From the NCBI GenBank assembly GCA_963712805.1, contig CAVQJV010000003.1:64979-128978 (forward strand): 64,000 nucleotides of DNA, written 5' to 3'. The position numbers were made by a program, and so were the translations under genes. This DNA comes from an uncultured Acidobacteriota bacterium (GTDB taxonomy: Bacteria > Acidobacteriota > Thermoanaerobaculia > Thermoanaerobaculales > Sulfomarinibacteraceae). The notes under the pieces were generated by a model. That model ran no database searches. It was not told where the DNA came from and saw only the letters and a list, made by a program, of their open reading frames with translations. Below, one piece after another: positions 61,983-64,000 of the stretch; the stretch's first letter is position 1; every line of letters begins with the position of its first letter.

Positions 61983-64000
61983 ATGAACCGATCGATTGCG
62001 GCGATCACCATCTGCATCAGCATCTTTCTCGCGCTCGGGCCCGGCGACGCCGGGGAATCCGCCGAGCCGGCCGCGCCCCGCCCGCTGACGGTCGACGACT
62101 ACTTCAGGATCCGCGGTGTCGACGACCCGCAGATCAGCCCGGACGGGCGTTGGGTGGCCTACACCGTCGCCACCTCCGATCTCGAGAAGGACAAGATGAC
62201 GACCCGCGTCTGGATGGTCCCCGCCGCCGGCGGCGAGGCGGTGGCCATGACCTCCGAGGAGCGGTCCGCCTCGCACCCGCGGTGGAGTCCCGACAACCGC
62301 TACCTGTCGTTCCTGGCGGCGCCCGAGGACGGCGAGGACCAGGTGTGGACTCTGTTCCGGAGGGCGGCGAAGCGGTCCAGCTCACCGACACCGCCCAGGG
62401 AGTGAGCGACTTCGAGTGGTCGCCGGACGGCCGGCGCATGGTCCTCGTGCTGCAGGACCCGACCCCGGTGCAGCTGGCGGTCAAGGCCGGCGAGCAAGAA
62501 ACCCGAGAACCCGCCGCCGTGGGTCATCACCCGCCGCCAGTTCAAGGAGGACTACGTCGGCTATCTCGACAGCCGCCGGACCCACCTCTTTGTTCTCGAT
62601 CTGGAGATCGAAGGGATGACCCAGATCACGTCGGGGGACTATGACGACACCCAACCCGCCTGGTCGCCGGACGGCGCTTCGATCGCCTTCACCAGCAACC
62701 GGTCGAGCGATCCCGACAGCAACTACAACACCGACATCTGGGTCGTGGACGCGAACAACACCGACCAGGGTCAAACGCTCATCCAGGTCACCACCAACCC
62801 GGGACCGGACGCGATCGCCGGCGTTTTCCCCCGACGGCACGCTGATCGCCCACCTGTCGGCCACCGACACCGCCGCCGACGTCTACGCCACCAACCACCT
62901 GGCGGTGGCGCCCGCCGCGGGCGGCGAGACGACGGTCCTCACCCGGGCACTCGACCGCAACGTCTTCTACCCGAAGTTCTCGGCTGACGGGCGCGCGGTG
63001 CTCGCGGCGGTGGAGGACGACGGCGAGCAGTACCTCGCCCGGGTGCCGGTCGACGGTGGCCCGATCACGCACGTGATCGGCGGGCCGCGATCGGTGGGCG
63101 AGTTCGCGGTCGGCAGCGACGGCCGCATCGCGGCAATGGTCTCCGAACCGCAGCTGCCGCCGGAGGTGTTCCTCGCCGACGGCGACGGGCTCACGCGGCT
63201 CACGCCACACCAACGACGAGGTGCTCGCCGGCATCCGGCTCGGCGCGGTCGAGAACGTCCACTTCAAGAGCAAGGACGGCACCGAGATCGAGGGCTTCAT
63301 CATCAAGCCGCCGGGCTTCGAAGACGGGAGTCCGCTACCCGACGGTGCTCCGCATCCACGGCGGGCCGATGATGCAGTACGACTTCGGCTTCCACTTCGA
63401 AGGCCAGCTCTTCGCCGGCGCCGGCTATGTCGTGGTCATGGCCAACCCGCGCGGCTCATCCGGCTACGGCCAGGACTTCTCGATCGCGATCTGGCAGGCC
63501 TGGGGCGGGAAGGACTTCGACGACGTGATGGCCGCGGTCGACGACGCCGTCGCCCGCGGCTATTCCGACCCCGATCGACTGGCGGTCGGCGGCTGGTCCT
63601 ACGGCGGCATCCTGACCGACCACGTGATCACCAAGACCGACCGCTTCAAGGCCGCCTACACCGGCGCCAGCGAGTCGCTCTACATCACCAACTACGGCCA
63701 CGACCACTACCAGCTGTGGTGGGAGAACGAGCTCGGGCTGCCGTGGGAGAACCCGGAGCTGTACCAGAAGATGTCGCCCTACTACCAGGTCGACAAGGTG
63801 GTCACCCCGACCCTCATCGTCGGCGGCGAGCAGGACTGGAACGTGCCGATCGTCAACTCCGAGCAGCTCTACCAGGCCCTCAAACGGCTCGGCGTGACCA
63901 CCGAACTGGTGGTCTACCCCGGCGAGTTCCACGTGTTCACGACGCCGTCGTACAACAAGGACCTCTACGAGCGCTTCCTCGCGTGGTTCGCGGCGCACGT
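61983..64000 (+). pseudogene. S9 family serine peptidase (prolyl oligopeptidase/acylaminoacyl-peptidase-like); at least 5 frame changes; 3' end off the window
   Basis: Signal peptide MNRSIAAITICISIFLALG. Propeller pieces ...ISPDGRWVAYTV..., ...FEWSPDGRRMV..., ...PAWSPDGASIAF..., ...AFSPDGTLIA.... Catalytic domain ...YPTVLRIHGGP...LAVGGWSYGGIL (GxSxG) ...LIVGGEQDWNVP.... Confidence 0.85.

Noticed and set aside
1-64000. CRISPR arrays, tRNA/rRNA genes, integrase/att sites, toxin-antitoxin or other defence modules.
   Set aside because: I found no spaced direct-repeat arrays, no tRNA-like T-arm consensus, and no nuclease, reverse-transcriptase or defence-type ATPase motifs. This was eye scanning only, so it is not exhaustive.

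Overview
Gene-dense, very GC-rich bacterial DNA. Sampled 60-nt lines run about 70-75% GC; two patches, about 24.2-26.3 kb and 40.1-46 kb, sample at about 52-58%. I saw no rRNA, tRNA or CRISPR array. About 50 protein genes are recognisable from motifs. There are three themes. (1) 1-11.76 kb is one minus-strand operon. It holds the carbonyl branch of the Wood-Ljungdahl pathway (acsC, acsD, acsB, cooS, two cooC). Upstream in the same operon are a MetE-like Zn methyltransferase and a three-gene split cobalamin methionine synthase (homocysteine domain, corrinoid protein, reactivation domain). No pterin/methyl-THF module is visible. (2) A dense set of mostly secreted peptidases and amidohydrolases: S9, S15 x2, S41, M14, M16 x2, M20 x3, Ntn hydrolase, a beta-lactamase-fold::D-aminoacylase fusion, and DadA. 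Two MttB-family methyltransferase operons sit among them. (3) 43.4-52.9 kb is an orphan cluster of ACP, KS, CLF-like KS (Cys->Gln), KR, LpxL-type acyltransferase and double-hotdog dehydratase. It also has two SAM methyltransferases and a B12-radical-SAM enzyme, and lies next to a transposase deletion scar. Caveat: roughly 20 genes can only be read by changing frame one or more times, and two carry in-frame TAG. These disruptions are very unevenly distributed, so the choice between assembly indels and real decay is unresolved. Many long ORFs in the supplied track are GC-driven shadow ORFs. acsC (1-1094, minus) is missing from the track because it is open to the window edge.
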